64,000 nucleotides of DNA from Paragordius varius (Eukaryota > Animalia > Nematomorpha), in contig OZ176058.1 of assembly GCA_964247055.1 (NCBI GenBank), positions 434,001 through 498,000 on the forward strand. The letters are read 5' to 3'. Numbering within the stretch: position 1 is the first letter of the stretch; the number at the start of each line of letters is the position of its first letter. Below the pieces are notes generated by a model, which was given only the letters and a program-made list of their open reading frames with translations, did not search any database and was not told where the DNA came from. Below are positions 1 to 12,698 of this stretch, in pieces. A program made the position numbers and the translations under genes.

Positions 1-628
1 CGATAATTTTTTTGAAACTTCCAAAAAAATTCACTTTAATAATTTTTTTAGAATATCAATTATTTAATAATTTTAAATGTAATTATTAAAATTTTTTTTT
101 AAATTTCCATTATAGATCCCATTGACATACTTCGTTTTATTTCAATTAAAAATGATAGTTTTAATATTCTCAAGGGTTTAAAAACTATTTTTTTATATGC
201 AAAAAAGTCTGTGTTTTAGTTTATTTTTATATTTGTCTCTTTATATTTCATTTTAATAAATTTTTAAAACTTTCAAAAAAATTTACTCAAAAAAATATAT
301 ATTTTTAGATTATTAATATTCATTAAATTAAATAATTTTAACTGTAATTATTAATATAAAATTTTTTTTAAATTTCCATCATAGGTCTTTGGCATACATC
401 GTTATATATTCAATTAGCTTTAATATTTCAAGGGTTCAAAGTTGCAAAAAAATTGTGTTTTAGTTTCGCTTTACATTCGTCTTTTTATATTATTTTAATA
501 AATTTTTTAAAAATTTACTGTATTTTTAAAATTACTTTTTTCAATATTAATATTCATATAATTAAGTTATTTTAAAGTAATTATCAAAAAATTTTTACTA
601 TAATTATGAATTTTTTTTAAAAAAATAG
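1..628 (+). pseudogene. Tandem ~250-270 bp repeats carrying truncated 5' copies of the DGAT1 terminal exon (decoys starting at 116 and 385)
   Basis: tatag|ATC CCA TTG ACA TAC TTC GTT (IPLTYFV..., stop at 179-181) and catag|GTCTTTGGCATACATCGTT (frameshifted) resemble the real exon start GTT CCT TTG GCA TAC CTC GTT; the flanking intron sequence repeats with them. Confidence 0.8.
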
Positions 629-778
629 GTTCCTTTGGCATACCTCGTTTCAACTTATCTCAAAGGTGGTCAATGGGGTAATATCCTGGTATGGTTAAGT
701 CTTATCCTAGGTCAACCAATTTGTATTTTCATGTATTTCCATGATTATTACATTCTCAACATGGTTAAAAATCATTGA
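629..778 (+). CDS. DGAT1: Diacylglycerol O-acyltransferase 1, terminal coding exon (copy 1)
   Basis: AG acceptor at 627-628, phase 0; translates [49 protein letters not shown]. This matches the DGAT1 C-terminus (human [43 protein letters not shown]), with the same last-intron position. Upstream exons are outside the window. Confidence 0.92.
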   Translation, partial: VPLAYLVSTYLKGGQWGNILVWLSLILGQPICIFMYFHDYYILNMVKNH

Positions 779-3700
779 AAAATCAGCTGATCTGCATATA
801 CAAAATTTTGAATTCACCCGAACAAGGATTTCAAACCAAGAAATTTATCTGATGTGGATTTTATCAAATTCTTATAAATACATTTGATTGCAATAACAAA
901 ATGAAAAAATCAGCTGATCTGGATAAAATTCCAAAATCTTTTTACACATTCTCATGTATTTCCATGATTATTACATTCTCAACATGTACAACAATGTTAA
1001 ATAATTGAAAATCAGTTGATCTGGATACAAATATAATGTTAAAAACAACTAACAAATGCTAAAAACAGCTAAGAAATTCATCTAATGTGGGCATATGTAT
1101 TAATTTTCTATCATATAATTTAATACATCTTTAAAAATTTTTCTCGAGTTATTGCTCTTAAAAACAATGGAAAAACGAAAACAGCTGATCTGGAAAGAAT
1201 TCCAAAACCAATTTGTATTCTCATGTATTTCCATGATTATTACATTCTCAACATGGTTAAAAATTGATTGAAAAAACAGCTGATCTGCATATACAAAAAT
1301 AATGTTAAATTCACCCAAACAATAAGACCTTTAAGGATTCATTTTCGAGTTATTGCTCTTAAAAACAATGTAAAAAAATAAAATTAGCTTATCTAGATAT
1401 AAATCTCCAATAAATTCGCATATTCTTATGTATTTCGATGATTATTAATTCTTAACATGTACAACAATGTTAAAAATGAAGTTGAAAAAATCAGCTGATC
1501 TGGACATACAAAAATATTAAATTTACCCACTAACAATGATTGTTAAAAACAGCTAAGAAATATATTAAATGTAGATATATATCTAAATTAATGACCATAT
1601 AATTTTATATAAAACATTTTGGAGTTATTTCGATTGATAAAATAATCAGCTGATCTGGATGAAATTCCAAAATAACTGACATATTTCCATGATTATTACA
1701 TTCTCAACATGGTTAAAAAATTGAAAAATCAGCTGATCTGCACGTACAAAATTTTTAATTTTTTCAAACAAGGATTTCAAACAGCTAAATGGATATATTT
1801 TATAGCATCCTTAAAAAAACTTTCTCGAGTTATTGCTCTTAAAAACAATCAAAAATTAGCTGATCTGGATTAAATTACAAAATATACTTACAATTTTCAT
1901 GAATATTACATTCAACAATCGAAAAAAGAAAAACAGCTGATCTAGATATAAATCTACAATAAATTCGCATATTTTCATGTATTTCCATGATTATTACATT
2001 CTTAACATGTACAACAATACTAAAAATGATTGAAAAAATCAGCTGATCTGCATACATATATAATGTAAACAGCTAAATTTATCTAATGTGAATTTCATTC
2101 AGACCCTTTAAAAATTTACATTACAATTGAAAAAATGAAAAAAAAGGAAATCAGCTGATCTAGATATTAATCTACAAATCGCATATTTTTATGTATTTCC
2201 ATGATTATTATATTCTCAATTTGTATAAAAACAACAGTTAAAAAAATCAACTGATCTGCACATGCAAAAATTTTAAATTCAACCACTAACAATAAATGTT
2301 AAAAACAGCTAAAAAGTATATTTAATGTGAATTTTATCAGACCCTTTAAAAATTTATTTAATCGCAATTAACAAAATGAGAAAAAAGGAAAATCAGCTGA
2401 TCTAGATATAAATCTACAATCGCATTGTATTTCCATGATTACTACATTCTTAACATGTATAAAAACGACTAAAAACAATGGAAAAAAGAAAATCAGCTGA
2501 TCTGCACATACAAAATTTTGAATTCACCCACTAACAAATGTTGAAAACAGCTTATTTAATGAGGAAATATTTTATAAGAACCTTAAAAATTTATTTTCGA
2601 GTTATTGCTCTAATAAAATCGAAAAAGAATATCAGCTGATCTGGATAGATTTCCAAAATATACTTGGATATTTTCATGTATTTCCATGATTATTACATTC
2701 TTAACATGATTAAAAATTGAAAAATCAAGTTGAAAAATCAGCTGATCTGAATATAAAAATATTGAATTTTATCAAACAATGAATGTTAAAAACAGCTTAT
2801 TTAATAAGGAGATATATTATATCCCTTAAAAATTTATTTTGGAATTATTACACGTAAAAACAATGGAAAAAATAAAATCAGCTGATCTGGATAAAATCCA
2901 AAATATACTTACACATTTTATGTATTTCCATGATTTTTATATTCTCAACATGTACAACAATTTAAAAATGATTAAAAAAATCAACTGATCTGCATGTACA
3001 AAAATATTAAATTTACCCAAACAAGGATTTCAAACAACTAACAAATTTATCTAATGTGAATTTCATTTATACCCTTTAAAAATTTACATTACAATTAACA
3101 AAATAAAAAAGAAAATTATCTGTGGAAAGAATTCCACAATAAATTCGCAAATTCTTATGTATTTCCATGATTATTACATTCTCAACATGTATAAAAACAA
3201 CTAAAAATTGTTTAAAACAGTTGAAAAATCAGCTGATCTGTATATACAAAAATATTAAATTCACCCAAATTAATAACAGCGTAATTTTTCTATTCTGGAT
3301 ATATGTAAATTTGCGACCATTTATTTAAAAACCCTTAAAATTTTGAAGTTATTTCAATTGAAAAAAAATCAGCTGATCTGGATAAAATTTCAAAATAAAT
3401 TTGTATATACTCATGTATTTCCATGATTATTACATTCTTAACATGTACAACAATATTAAAAATGATTGAAAAAATCAGCTGATCTGCATACAAAATATTG
3501 AATTTACCCAAACAATGAATGTTAAAAAGGTTCAAGAAATTTATCTGATGTGGATTTATATCTAAATTTACGACCATATGAATTTATAAGATTTTTAAGG
3601 ATTCATTTTCGAGTTATTGCTCTTAAAAACAATGTAAAAAATTAAAATTAGCTTATCTGGAAAGAATTCCACAATAATTTCGCATATTATGTATTTCCAT

Positions 3701-5075
3701 AATTATTACATTCTCAACATGGTTAAAAATTGAAAAATCAGCTGATCTGCACACAAAAATATTGAATTCACTCACTAACAATGATTGTTAAAAACAGCTA
3801 AGAAATTTATCTAATGTTAATTTCATTCAGACCCTTTAAAAATTTACATTACGATTAACAAAATGAAAAGAGAAAATCACCTGATCTGGATAGAATTTTA
3901 AAATATACTTAAACATTGTGTATTTCCATGATTATTACATTCTTAACATGTATAAAACAACTAAAAACAATGGAAAAAAGAAAATCAGCTGATCTGCAAA
4001 CATAAATTTTAAATTCATCCAAACAATGAATGTTAAAAACAGCTTTAATGAGGACATATTTTATATCACTTAAAATTTTATTTTAAAGTTATTACACGTA
4101 AAAACAATGGAAAAAACAAAATCAGCTGATCTGGAAATAATTCCAAAACCAATTTGTATTCTCATGTATTTCCATGATTATTACATTCTCAACATGGTTA
4201 AATAATTGAAAAATCAACTGATCTGCATATACAAAAATATTGGAATTCACCCAAACAATGAATGTTAAAAACAGCTAAGAAATTTTGTAAATTTATGACC
4301 ATATAATTTTATGAGACCTTTAGAAATTTATTTTGAAGTCATTGTTCTAATAAAATCGAAAAAGAATATCAGCTGATCTGGAAAGAATTCCACAATAAAT
4401 TCGCATATTCTTATGTATTTCCATGATTATTACATTCTCAACATGTATAAAAACAACTAAAAACAGTGTTGAAAAATCAGCTATTTTGCATATTCAAAAT
4501 TCACCCAAACTATAAATGTTAAAAACAGCTAAAAAATTTATCTTATGTGGGCATATATGTAAATTTACGACCCTATAATGTTATATAAAACATTTTGTAG
4601 TTAAAGCTCTAATACAATCGAAAAAAATCAGCTGATCTGGATACCAAAATATACTTGCGTTTTTTCATAAATTTCTTAACCTGATAACAATCGAAAAAAA
4701 ATCCCCTGATCTGGATATAAATATACCATAAATTCGCATATTTTCATATATTTCCATGATATTCTTAACATGTATAAAAACAACTAATAAGAGTGTTGAA
4801 AAATCAGCTGATCATCACACACAAATATTAAAATCAAAATCAGCTGATCTGGAAAGAATTCTAAAATATATACGCGTATTTTCATGTATTTCCATGATTA
4901 TTACATTCGCAACATGTATAAAAACAACTAAAAACTGTTTAAAACAAATGAAAAATCAGCTGATCTGGAAAGAATTCCAAAATATATACGCGTATTCTTA
5001 TGTATTTCCATGATTATTACATTCGCAACATGTATAAAAACAACTAAAAACTGTTTAAAACAAATGAAAAATCAG
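779..5075 (+). repeat. Exon-derived satellite array 1, ~245-bp unit, about 18 units
   Basis: Recurrent core ATGTATTTCCATGATTATTACATTCTCAACATG (= DGAT1 [11 protein letters not shown]) at about 961, 1231, 1437, 1687, 1986, 2199, 2432, 2685, 2928, 3166, 3421, 3697, 3926, 4172, 4420, 4754, 4892 and 5009; typically two CAGCTGATCT motifs per unit. Confidence 0.93.
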
Positions 5076-6700
5076 CTGATCTGCATACAAAAAATATTGA
5101 GTTCAACCACTAACAAATGTTAGAAAGGGCTTAGAAATTTATTTTATGTGGGCATATATGTGTAAATTTACGACCATATAATTTTATAAGTCCCCTTAAA
5201 AATTTATTTTATTGCACATTAAAAGTGCAAAAAGGAAAACAGCTGATCTGGATAGAATCATTTCTAAAAAATACGTCAATGTTACATGTTCTATAGCATA
5301 TTTAGGATTTTTACATTCACAGCATAACCAATATCTTCTAATCTAAAAAATCAACTGATATGGATGATTTCTAAAAGATATTATATTGATTACCTATTTA
5401 CTTGATATATAACGCGAAAAAACAACTACGTATCAATATTAAACTAGTTTTACACGAGCAATTTTGATATAATATACAATAATTTGCAATAAAAGCCCTA
5501 AAAACGAAGAAAACCAGCTGATCTTCGAAAAAATATGGAAATTACATTAACTTTTCATGTATTCATAATTATTGCATATTCTTAATATGTCGTAAAAAAG
5601 TTTTGAAACTAAAAAAACAGCTGATCTGTATAATAATTAAATAACTTTGATGATTATTACATCGTTAACACGGAAAATAACCACAAAAATGTTTAAAACA
5701 ATTAGAATATCAGCTGATATAGATGAAAACTATAAAAAAATATATACGTTTTTATCACCATAAATGATAACGCTTAAGAAAATGATATAATCTGCAAATA
5801 ATTTACAGAAAATATATTTTTATTATTCTTATGGAAAAAAGTAATAATCAGCTGATTTGAAAATAGTTGAAAAGATGTTTTTATTACTCTAAATAGAAGT
5901 AATCAACTGATCTGAAAATAACTCACAAAAATATATTACTCTTAAAATGGAAAAAGAAACAATCAGGTGATCTGAATCAAAAATTCTGAAGGTCACATTT
6001 CTCCACCATCAGATTACATAATTTTTCAGGAGGTTCTTTTAGAATTCAAATCATTAATCAATCAAACACAGCTTGAAGAAAAAAATCAGCTGATATGGAT
6101 AAATTTTAACAAAAATACACGTTTTCATTACCATAAATAGTAATGCAAAAGAAAATAAGGTATTTGAAAAAAATAACTGCAAAGATGTTTTTATTAATCT
6201 AAAACGAAGTAATCAGCTGATCTGAATCAAGAATTCCAAAGAATACGTCTCTCCACCATCAAATTACATAATTTTTCAGGACGCCCTTTTAGAAAATTCA
6301 TAAATATTAAACAATTAAACACAGCTTGAAGAAATAATCAACTAATATAGGTAAAATTGTAAAAATATTAAAATACGTTAAAATCAAGAATTGAAATACA
6401 CAGACTACATTAAAAGTCATTACTAAAGAATTCAAAAGGAAAAATCAATTATATTGAAAAAAATTCTCAAAAATACGTTTCTTTTATCTTAATTATTACA
6501 TAACATGTACAAAAAACCGCATCAATAATAATGTAGACCTTAAAGAAAAACAGCTGATCTGGATGATTTTTTAAAATATTGCTTTAAACCAAAAGTATTG
6601 CAATATATTTATTTATAAAAGTTAAAAAATTATCAAATCATTACCCTCTCATAAAACTAAAAAAAGAAAATATAATCAGCTGATCTTGAAGAACATTGAT
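5076..6700 (+). repeat. Older degenerate extension of the satellite (CAGCTGAT-bearing units)
   Basis: CAGCTGAT(C/A)T recurs every ~70-300 bp with decayed ATTATTACAT cores; collinear with about 24150-25620. Confidence 0.75.
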
Positions 6701-6796
6701 AAATGAATCATTTTACCCATATAATTTAATAAAATATTTTTAATCTCGATATATTTTTAATTAAAATAATTTAAATCAAATTTTAATAATATATAT

Positions 6797-6892
6797 TTTA
6801 ATGGCAATACGAATTGACAATTGTTAATCTACAATATTTATATGCATATTTGTGCATCGCAGACGTAATAATAAATAAATTAATATATATTT
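6797..6892 (+). other. Highly conserved ~95-bp non-coding block (paralog at about 25760-25855), ending in AATAAATAAA
   Basis: ATGGCAATA(C/T)GAATTGACAATTGTTAATCTACAATATTTATATGCATATTTGTGCATCGCAGACGTAATAATAAATAAATT has one mismatch between the copies, while the flanks are clearly more diverged. Confidence 0.7.
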
Positions 6893-9459
6893 TAAAAAAT
6901 TTTATTCCTTATTTGTCCTTTAGAACTCAACTTGTGTTTTTGAAGCATTGATTGGGTTACTATATCGTAATAATTGAAATTATACAGACAAAACGTAAAA
7001 AAATATAAAGACAAATATTTTTTAAAAAAACAATCAAATTTTTTTAAAACTTTAAATTCTCGAAAAGATACTATTAATTTAAAACGGTAAAATACGTAAT
7101 TGATTGTATTGAAAAATACATACATTTTCATGGTTTGCAATTTTTAACAATGAGTTTTATACTAAATAAATCAAGTTTAAACCGTAAGAATTGAAATTAT
7201 ACGGATAAAAGTTAAAATATAAAGACAAATATTTTTTTCTAAAAGACAATTGATTTCTTTAAGTAACTCATTGTTTTAAACTACAAAGTATAATATATGG
7301 AAATGTAAATTGGTAACACAATTAGTTATAAGTATATTACGATTGAAATCAAATGTTTTTTATAGGATAAATTAAGGTTAAAAAAGTATGGTAATTGTCT
7401 TTTGTTAAAAATATTTGTCTTTATATTTTTACGTTTTGTCCTTACTTATAATTTCATATTGTAAAAATTAATTAATTTAATTAATACTCATTGTTTGAAA
7501 TTGCAAAACATGGAATAGAGATATATTTTCTAATACAATCAAGAATATATTTCACAATATACGAGATTTTAAGGTTATGGTTGTCTTTTGTTAAAAATAT
7601 TTGTCTTTATATTTTTACGTTTTGTCCTTTCGTATATTTTCAATTTTTACTGTATAAACTTAATTAATTCAACTAAAACTCATTGTTTGTAATTGCGAAA
7701 CATGAAATATTGCAATCAATAATGTATTATACCATTGTTGTTTTATTTTATAAAACAAGTTTTAAAAAGTATGGTTGTCTTTTAGAAAAAAATATTTATC
7801 TTTATATTTTTACGTTTTGTCCTTCACGTATAATTTCAATTTCCACTGTAATTTCAGATATTGCAAAACATGAAATAGAGATATATTTTCTAATACAATC
7901 AAGAATTTATTATACAATTTTAATTCAATAGTGTATACGAGAATTCAAGGTTTTAAGTAATATCTGTCTTTCTATTTTTACCTTTAATTTTTCCGTATAA
8001 TTTTAAATTTAATGTAATTTCAGAAATATTAATTAGCTTTTTGCGGGTAGTCAAAAATTTAATTATTTAGAACTAATATATAGTGTATGGTGTGATAGAC
8101 ACGGGCAAATTCTTCTATTTTAATTTTACTATTAAATGCAAAAATAGTATATAATTTTTTCAAAATAATTATATATTAGCCTGTGGTATATTCAATTTTA
8201 TGCTATAAACTTTTATTTTTTCCTTAATTTTTTTAAAGTATAAATATGTATTACTTAAGGTGCGGAATATGCCATCTCTTTTATATAAAAAAAGCAAAAA
8301 AATGATGAAAATTTATTAATATATAGTTCCTAATTTTGGAGCACATATAATAAAAATTGAAATTATACGGACAAGATGTAAAATATAAAGACAAATTTAA
8401 TCCAAAAGATAACCTTACTTTTTAAAACCATAATTTTTCTCATATAAGCTATTTAATTACAATTGTAAAATATAGAATTGATTGTTAGTATTATATATCT
8501 CTATTTCAGACTTTGCCATTTTTAAATATGAGTTATATTGAAATAAATCAAGATTTAAAAAGTATGGTTGTCTTTTAGAAAAAAATTTGGTCTTTATATT
8601 TTTGCATTTTGTCCGTATAATCCTCATTATAGAGCGTATAATATGCATATAAGATTAAAATTAATTCTACACCTACTATACAGTAAATGCTGAAATTGTA
8701 AAGTCAAAACGTTAAAATATAAAGACAAATATTTTTTTATAAAATATAGAGGAATAATCACGGTTAAAAAGGTATGATTTTTTGAAAAAATAATTGTTTT
8801 TAGTTTTTACGTTAGGAATATATTTAAATTTTAAGTTTTACAGTAAAAATTAAAATTCTACCATGGATAAAACATAAAAATATATAGCAAAAAATATTTT
8901 TTTCAAAAGACACCCCATACTTTTAAAATCTTAATATTGTTTAATATATCTGATTATTTTCCGCAAAGTATAATATATAAATGTAAATTAGTAGCACAAT
9001 CAATTATGTATTTTACGATTGTAATTACATGTTATATAGATTAGGGTATAAAGGTATGGTTGTCTTTTGAAAAAAAAAGTTTGTCTTTATATTTTTACAA
9101 CTTGTCCGAATGATTTTAATTTTTATTGTAAAATCTTAAATAAATTTAAATCTAATTGTTTTAAACTGCAAATTATTTAATCGATTGTGTTACCTATAAA
9201 CATCTGTATCTCATACATAATAGTTTAAAACAATCATTATTTAAAAAATTAAGTTTCATAAAGTATGGTTGTTGTCTTTTAGAAATATTTGTCTTTATAT
9301 TTTTACGCATTAATTGCTTTAAACTCCGTATAAAGATTTTTTTAAATAATTTATGTTGGAAAAATTAAGGTCTAAAAAATGTGTTTCATTTACATTTTAA
9401 TTTTAAATTTCAATTTTAAGGGCAATTTTTGGTTTTAAGATAAATTTAAAAAGTGTAGA

Positions 9460-9690
9460 TACAATTATATATCCCATATTTTATCAAAAATTGATTTTTT
9501 TTGTTAAATGGGCGCATAAATATTTGGTAAAGAATGGTAAAAACAAGAGCTCTTTGGACTTATATTTTTTGATAAATATGATTTTGTTAATACCATAGAG
9601 CTCTTATTTTTACCATTCTTTACCAAATATTTATACCCCCATATGAGGAAAAAAATTAATTTTTGATAAAATAAATGATAAGTGACTGTA
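9460..9690. mobile_element. MITE family C copy (~220 bp, long TIRs, GAGCTC core)
   Basis: Arms AAATATTTGGTAAAGAATGG..ACAAGAGCTC and CCATAGAGCTC..CCATTCTTTACCAAATATTT are inverted; ends GACTG-TA. Confidence 0.75.
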
Positions 9691-10034
9691 ATAGCCAAAA
9701 ATTGGCGCCAATATCAAAATCGGCGCAGAAAATAGAAACAAATATTTAAAAAATAAAATTTGATTATAATTAAATTCCCCATCGAAAAAAATGCTATAAT
9801 TATTTTAAAATAATATCTTTTATAAGCCAGCCTGCTAACTATTGTGTTATAACATATGAAATAAAAAATTTAAATTATTATAATAAGTGTGACCCATATT
9901 TATAATTATGCCATCTTTATAATGAATTTATACAATATTTTAAAACAAAAGAAAAAGAATTTTTTTAAAATATATATTTTGAAAACCCATATTATCAAAT
10001 TATATCATATATGTTTAAGTGTATTACCATTATA

Positions 10035-10316
10035 CAGTAAAAATTGAAATTATACGGACAAAAAGTAAAAACATACCGACATATAATTTTTTTTCAAAAG
10101 ACAACCCTTTTTAAATCTTGATAATTTTAAATAAAACTCATTATTTTAATCGAAAATGTAATAAGATGTAAATGCGAAACCCTATCAATTTTATCTTGTA
10201 CAGTGTGGTAGGCAAACATTTATATAATTATATTAATTTAAAAATGTATGGTGGTTGTCTATAAAAATATTTTTTGTTTTTTTACTTTTTGTTCGTATAA
10301 TTTCAAATTTTTACTG
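10035..10316. mobile_element. MITE family A copy
   Basis: TA|CAGTAAAAATTGAAATTATACGGACAAAA...TTTTGTTCGTATAATTTCAAATTTTTACTG|TA. Confidence 0.85.
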
Positions 10317-11817
10317 TAAATAAAAATTAACGTGTTGTGAACAATAATATCCACTAAAAAAGGTTCATTAAAATCTAGTCTAAAAGCTTATATGGTATTT
10401 GTATGGTTTATACATTTTCAAATTACATTGTATAATGTTAGATATTCAAGTTTATTTTCAGAAAAAATATTTTATCAACCTGATTAACTCATAAAACACT
10501 ATAAATATATTAAAGGGTTTATATATTGAATAAAAATTTATGAAAAAAACTCAGTAGGAAATCAAAATATTCTACAGTCAAAATGTAAAAAAAACATAAA
10601 GACAGATACAGTATTAAAACAAAACTTATATAACGACAAATTTTTTCTAAAAGATAACCATAATTTTATTTTTTAAAATATAAAATCATAGTTTTAAACA
10701 ACAAAGAAATAGAGATGTTTAACACAATTTTAATATTTTATAGTAAATAAATCAATTATATGAGAGAAATTTAAATTTATAAAAGTATGGTGATTGTCTT
10801 TTAAATAAAAAATATTTGTCTTTATATTTTTACATTTTGTTAGTATAATTTTAGTTTTTACCGTCTTTTTATTATAAGGATGTACTTGTTTAATTTAATT
10901 TTTTTAACTCATTCATTGCTTTAAACTCCGCATAAAAGATGTAAAAATCAGAAGAAATAAATTATATTTAACAATTCTTATCATATAGTTTATTATGTTT
11001 AAAAAAATAAGGTCTTAAAAAAATAGGTTGTCTTTATGTTTTAATTGTAAATTTTAATTTTAAGGGCAATTTTTTGTGTTAAGATATTAATAAATAAGTG
11101 TAGAAAATAGCCAAAAATTTCGCCATTAAAACCTGGCGTAAAAGACAGAAACAAATATCGAAGAAAATAATTTGATATCTAATTAAATTCCCCTGAAAAA
11201 AATGGTGTAATTATTTTAAAATAATATCTTTTATAACTCAGCTTAATAACTATTATGTTGTAAGATATGAAATCAATGTTTTAAAAGAATATTATAAATA
11301 TGATATACATAATTATGCCATCTTTATAATGAATTTAAAAGTACATAATTTTAAGACAAAAAGAAAAGCAATTATTTTGAAAAATGGTTATTCCGATAAA
11401 ACCCATATTATCAAATTATAAAATATCTTAAGTGTATTACCATTATACAGTAAAAATTGAAATTATACCAAATCGTAAAAATATAAAGACAAAATTATTT
11501 TTCAAAATCCAACCGTATACACTTTTTCAAAACTTAATTTATCATATTAAAAACATTTAATGACAATCGTAAAATATTATATTGTTTCTATTACCAATAT
11601 ATAATCTATACTTTGCAGTTTGAAAAAATGAGTTAAATATAAAATAATTAAGGTTAAAAATAGTAAAATTAACTGCCTTCAATTTTTATTGTATTTTCCT
11701 TTTTTAACATTCAAAATTGTATCTTTTCTTTTTAAAAACTCTAAACAATAGAATATATTTTAAAAACGAGGTTTTCAAATTGATTGTCTTGAATTATTAA
11801 TTATTTATAAAGACATA

Positions 11818-12127
11818 CAGTAAAAATTGAAATTATACACGGATATAATGTAAAAAAATAAAGACATATACTTTTTTCTAAAAGACAGCCAACCATACTT
11901 TTTGACTCTAGATTTACATCAATACAACTTATTGTTTTAAATGGCAAAGTAAGAAATAGACATGTATATTGGTAACATAATCGATCCTATATAAAAATTT
12001 TAACTAAATAGCTTATATGAGAAAAATTAAGGTATTTAAAAGTATGGTTGGTTGTTTTGTCTTTTAGATATAATATTTGTCTTTATATTTTTAACGTTTC
12101 ATCGGTAAAATCATGCAATTTTTACTG
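11818..12127. mobile_element. MITE family A copy
   Basis: CAGTAAAAATTGAAATTATAC left end and matching inverted right end TTTTTACTG. Confidence 0.8.
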
Positions 12128-12427
12128 TGATAATAAAAATAATTATTAATGATTTTGTATGAGCACATCGTTTTAGTCCAATGTTAAAAAAATTCATAAT
12201 ATATCAAAAAAAGCATTTTTGACATATTTGGATATATTTGTAGGAACTAGGAGCACTGAAATATAAGTAATTAAACATATTACAGTTAATCAAAGAACTA
12301 ATTTTTGAAGAAAAGCAGATATTATATTATTAAAAATTAGTTGCAATAATATTGACAGAAAAAATTAACGAAAACTAATCGTTTACCGATTATTATCCAG
12401 AGATTCTTAAGAAAAGTGTTTGAATTA

Positions 12428-12698
12428 CAGTAAAAATTAGAATTATACGGACAAAATGTAAAAATATAAAGACAAATTTTTTTTCAAAAGACACCATACT
12501 TTTTTTAACCTTAATAATATTAGATATTATAATTGTTTCGAACTGCAAAAATATATATTGGTAGCACAATCAATTACATATTTTACGAATGTTATTAATT
12601 TATTAAGATAAATTAAGATTTGAAAAAATATGGCTGTTTGAAAAAAAAATTTGTCTTTATATTTTTACATTTAGTCGGTATAATTTCAATTTTTGCTG
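12428..12698. mobile_element. MITE family A copy
   Basis: TA|CAGTAAAAATTAGAATTATACGGACAAAATG...CGGTATAATTTCAATTTTTGCTG|TA. Confidence 0.85.

Noticed and set aside
1100-5013. ORF-track proteins with repeated [11 protein letters not shown] or CISMIITF motifs
   Set aside because: They are antisense or off-frame readings of the DGAT1-derived satellite core.
779-5075. CRISPR-like appearance (conserved ~33-bp core with variable intervening DNA)
   Set aside because: The spacers are homologous to each other, the core is DGAT1 coding sequence, the context is eukaryotic and there are no cas genes.
12160-12270. Possible micro-exon ELGALKY (12244-12266) and HRFSPML, reminiscent of DGAT1 RHFYKPML
   Set aside because: Too short, no paralog in the second duplication unit, and the similarity is compatible with chance.
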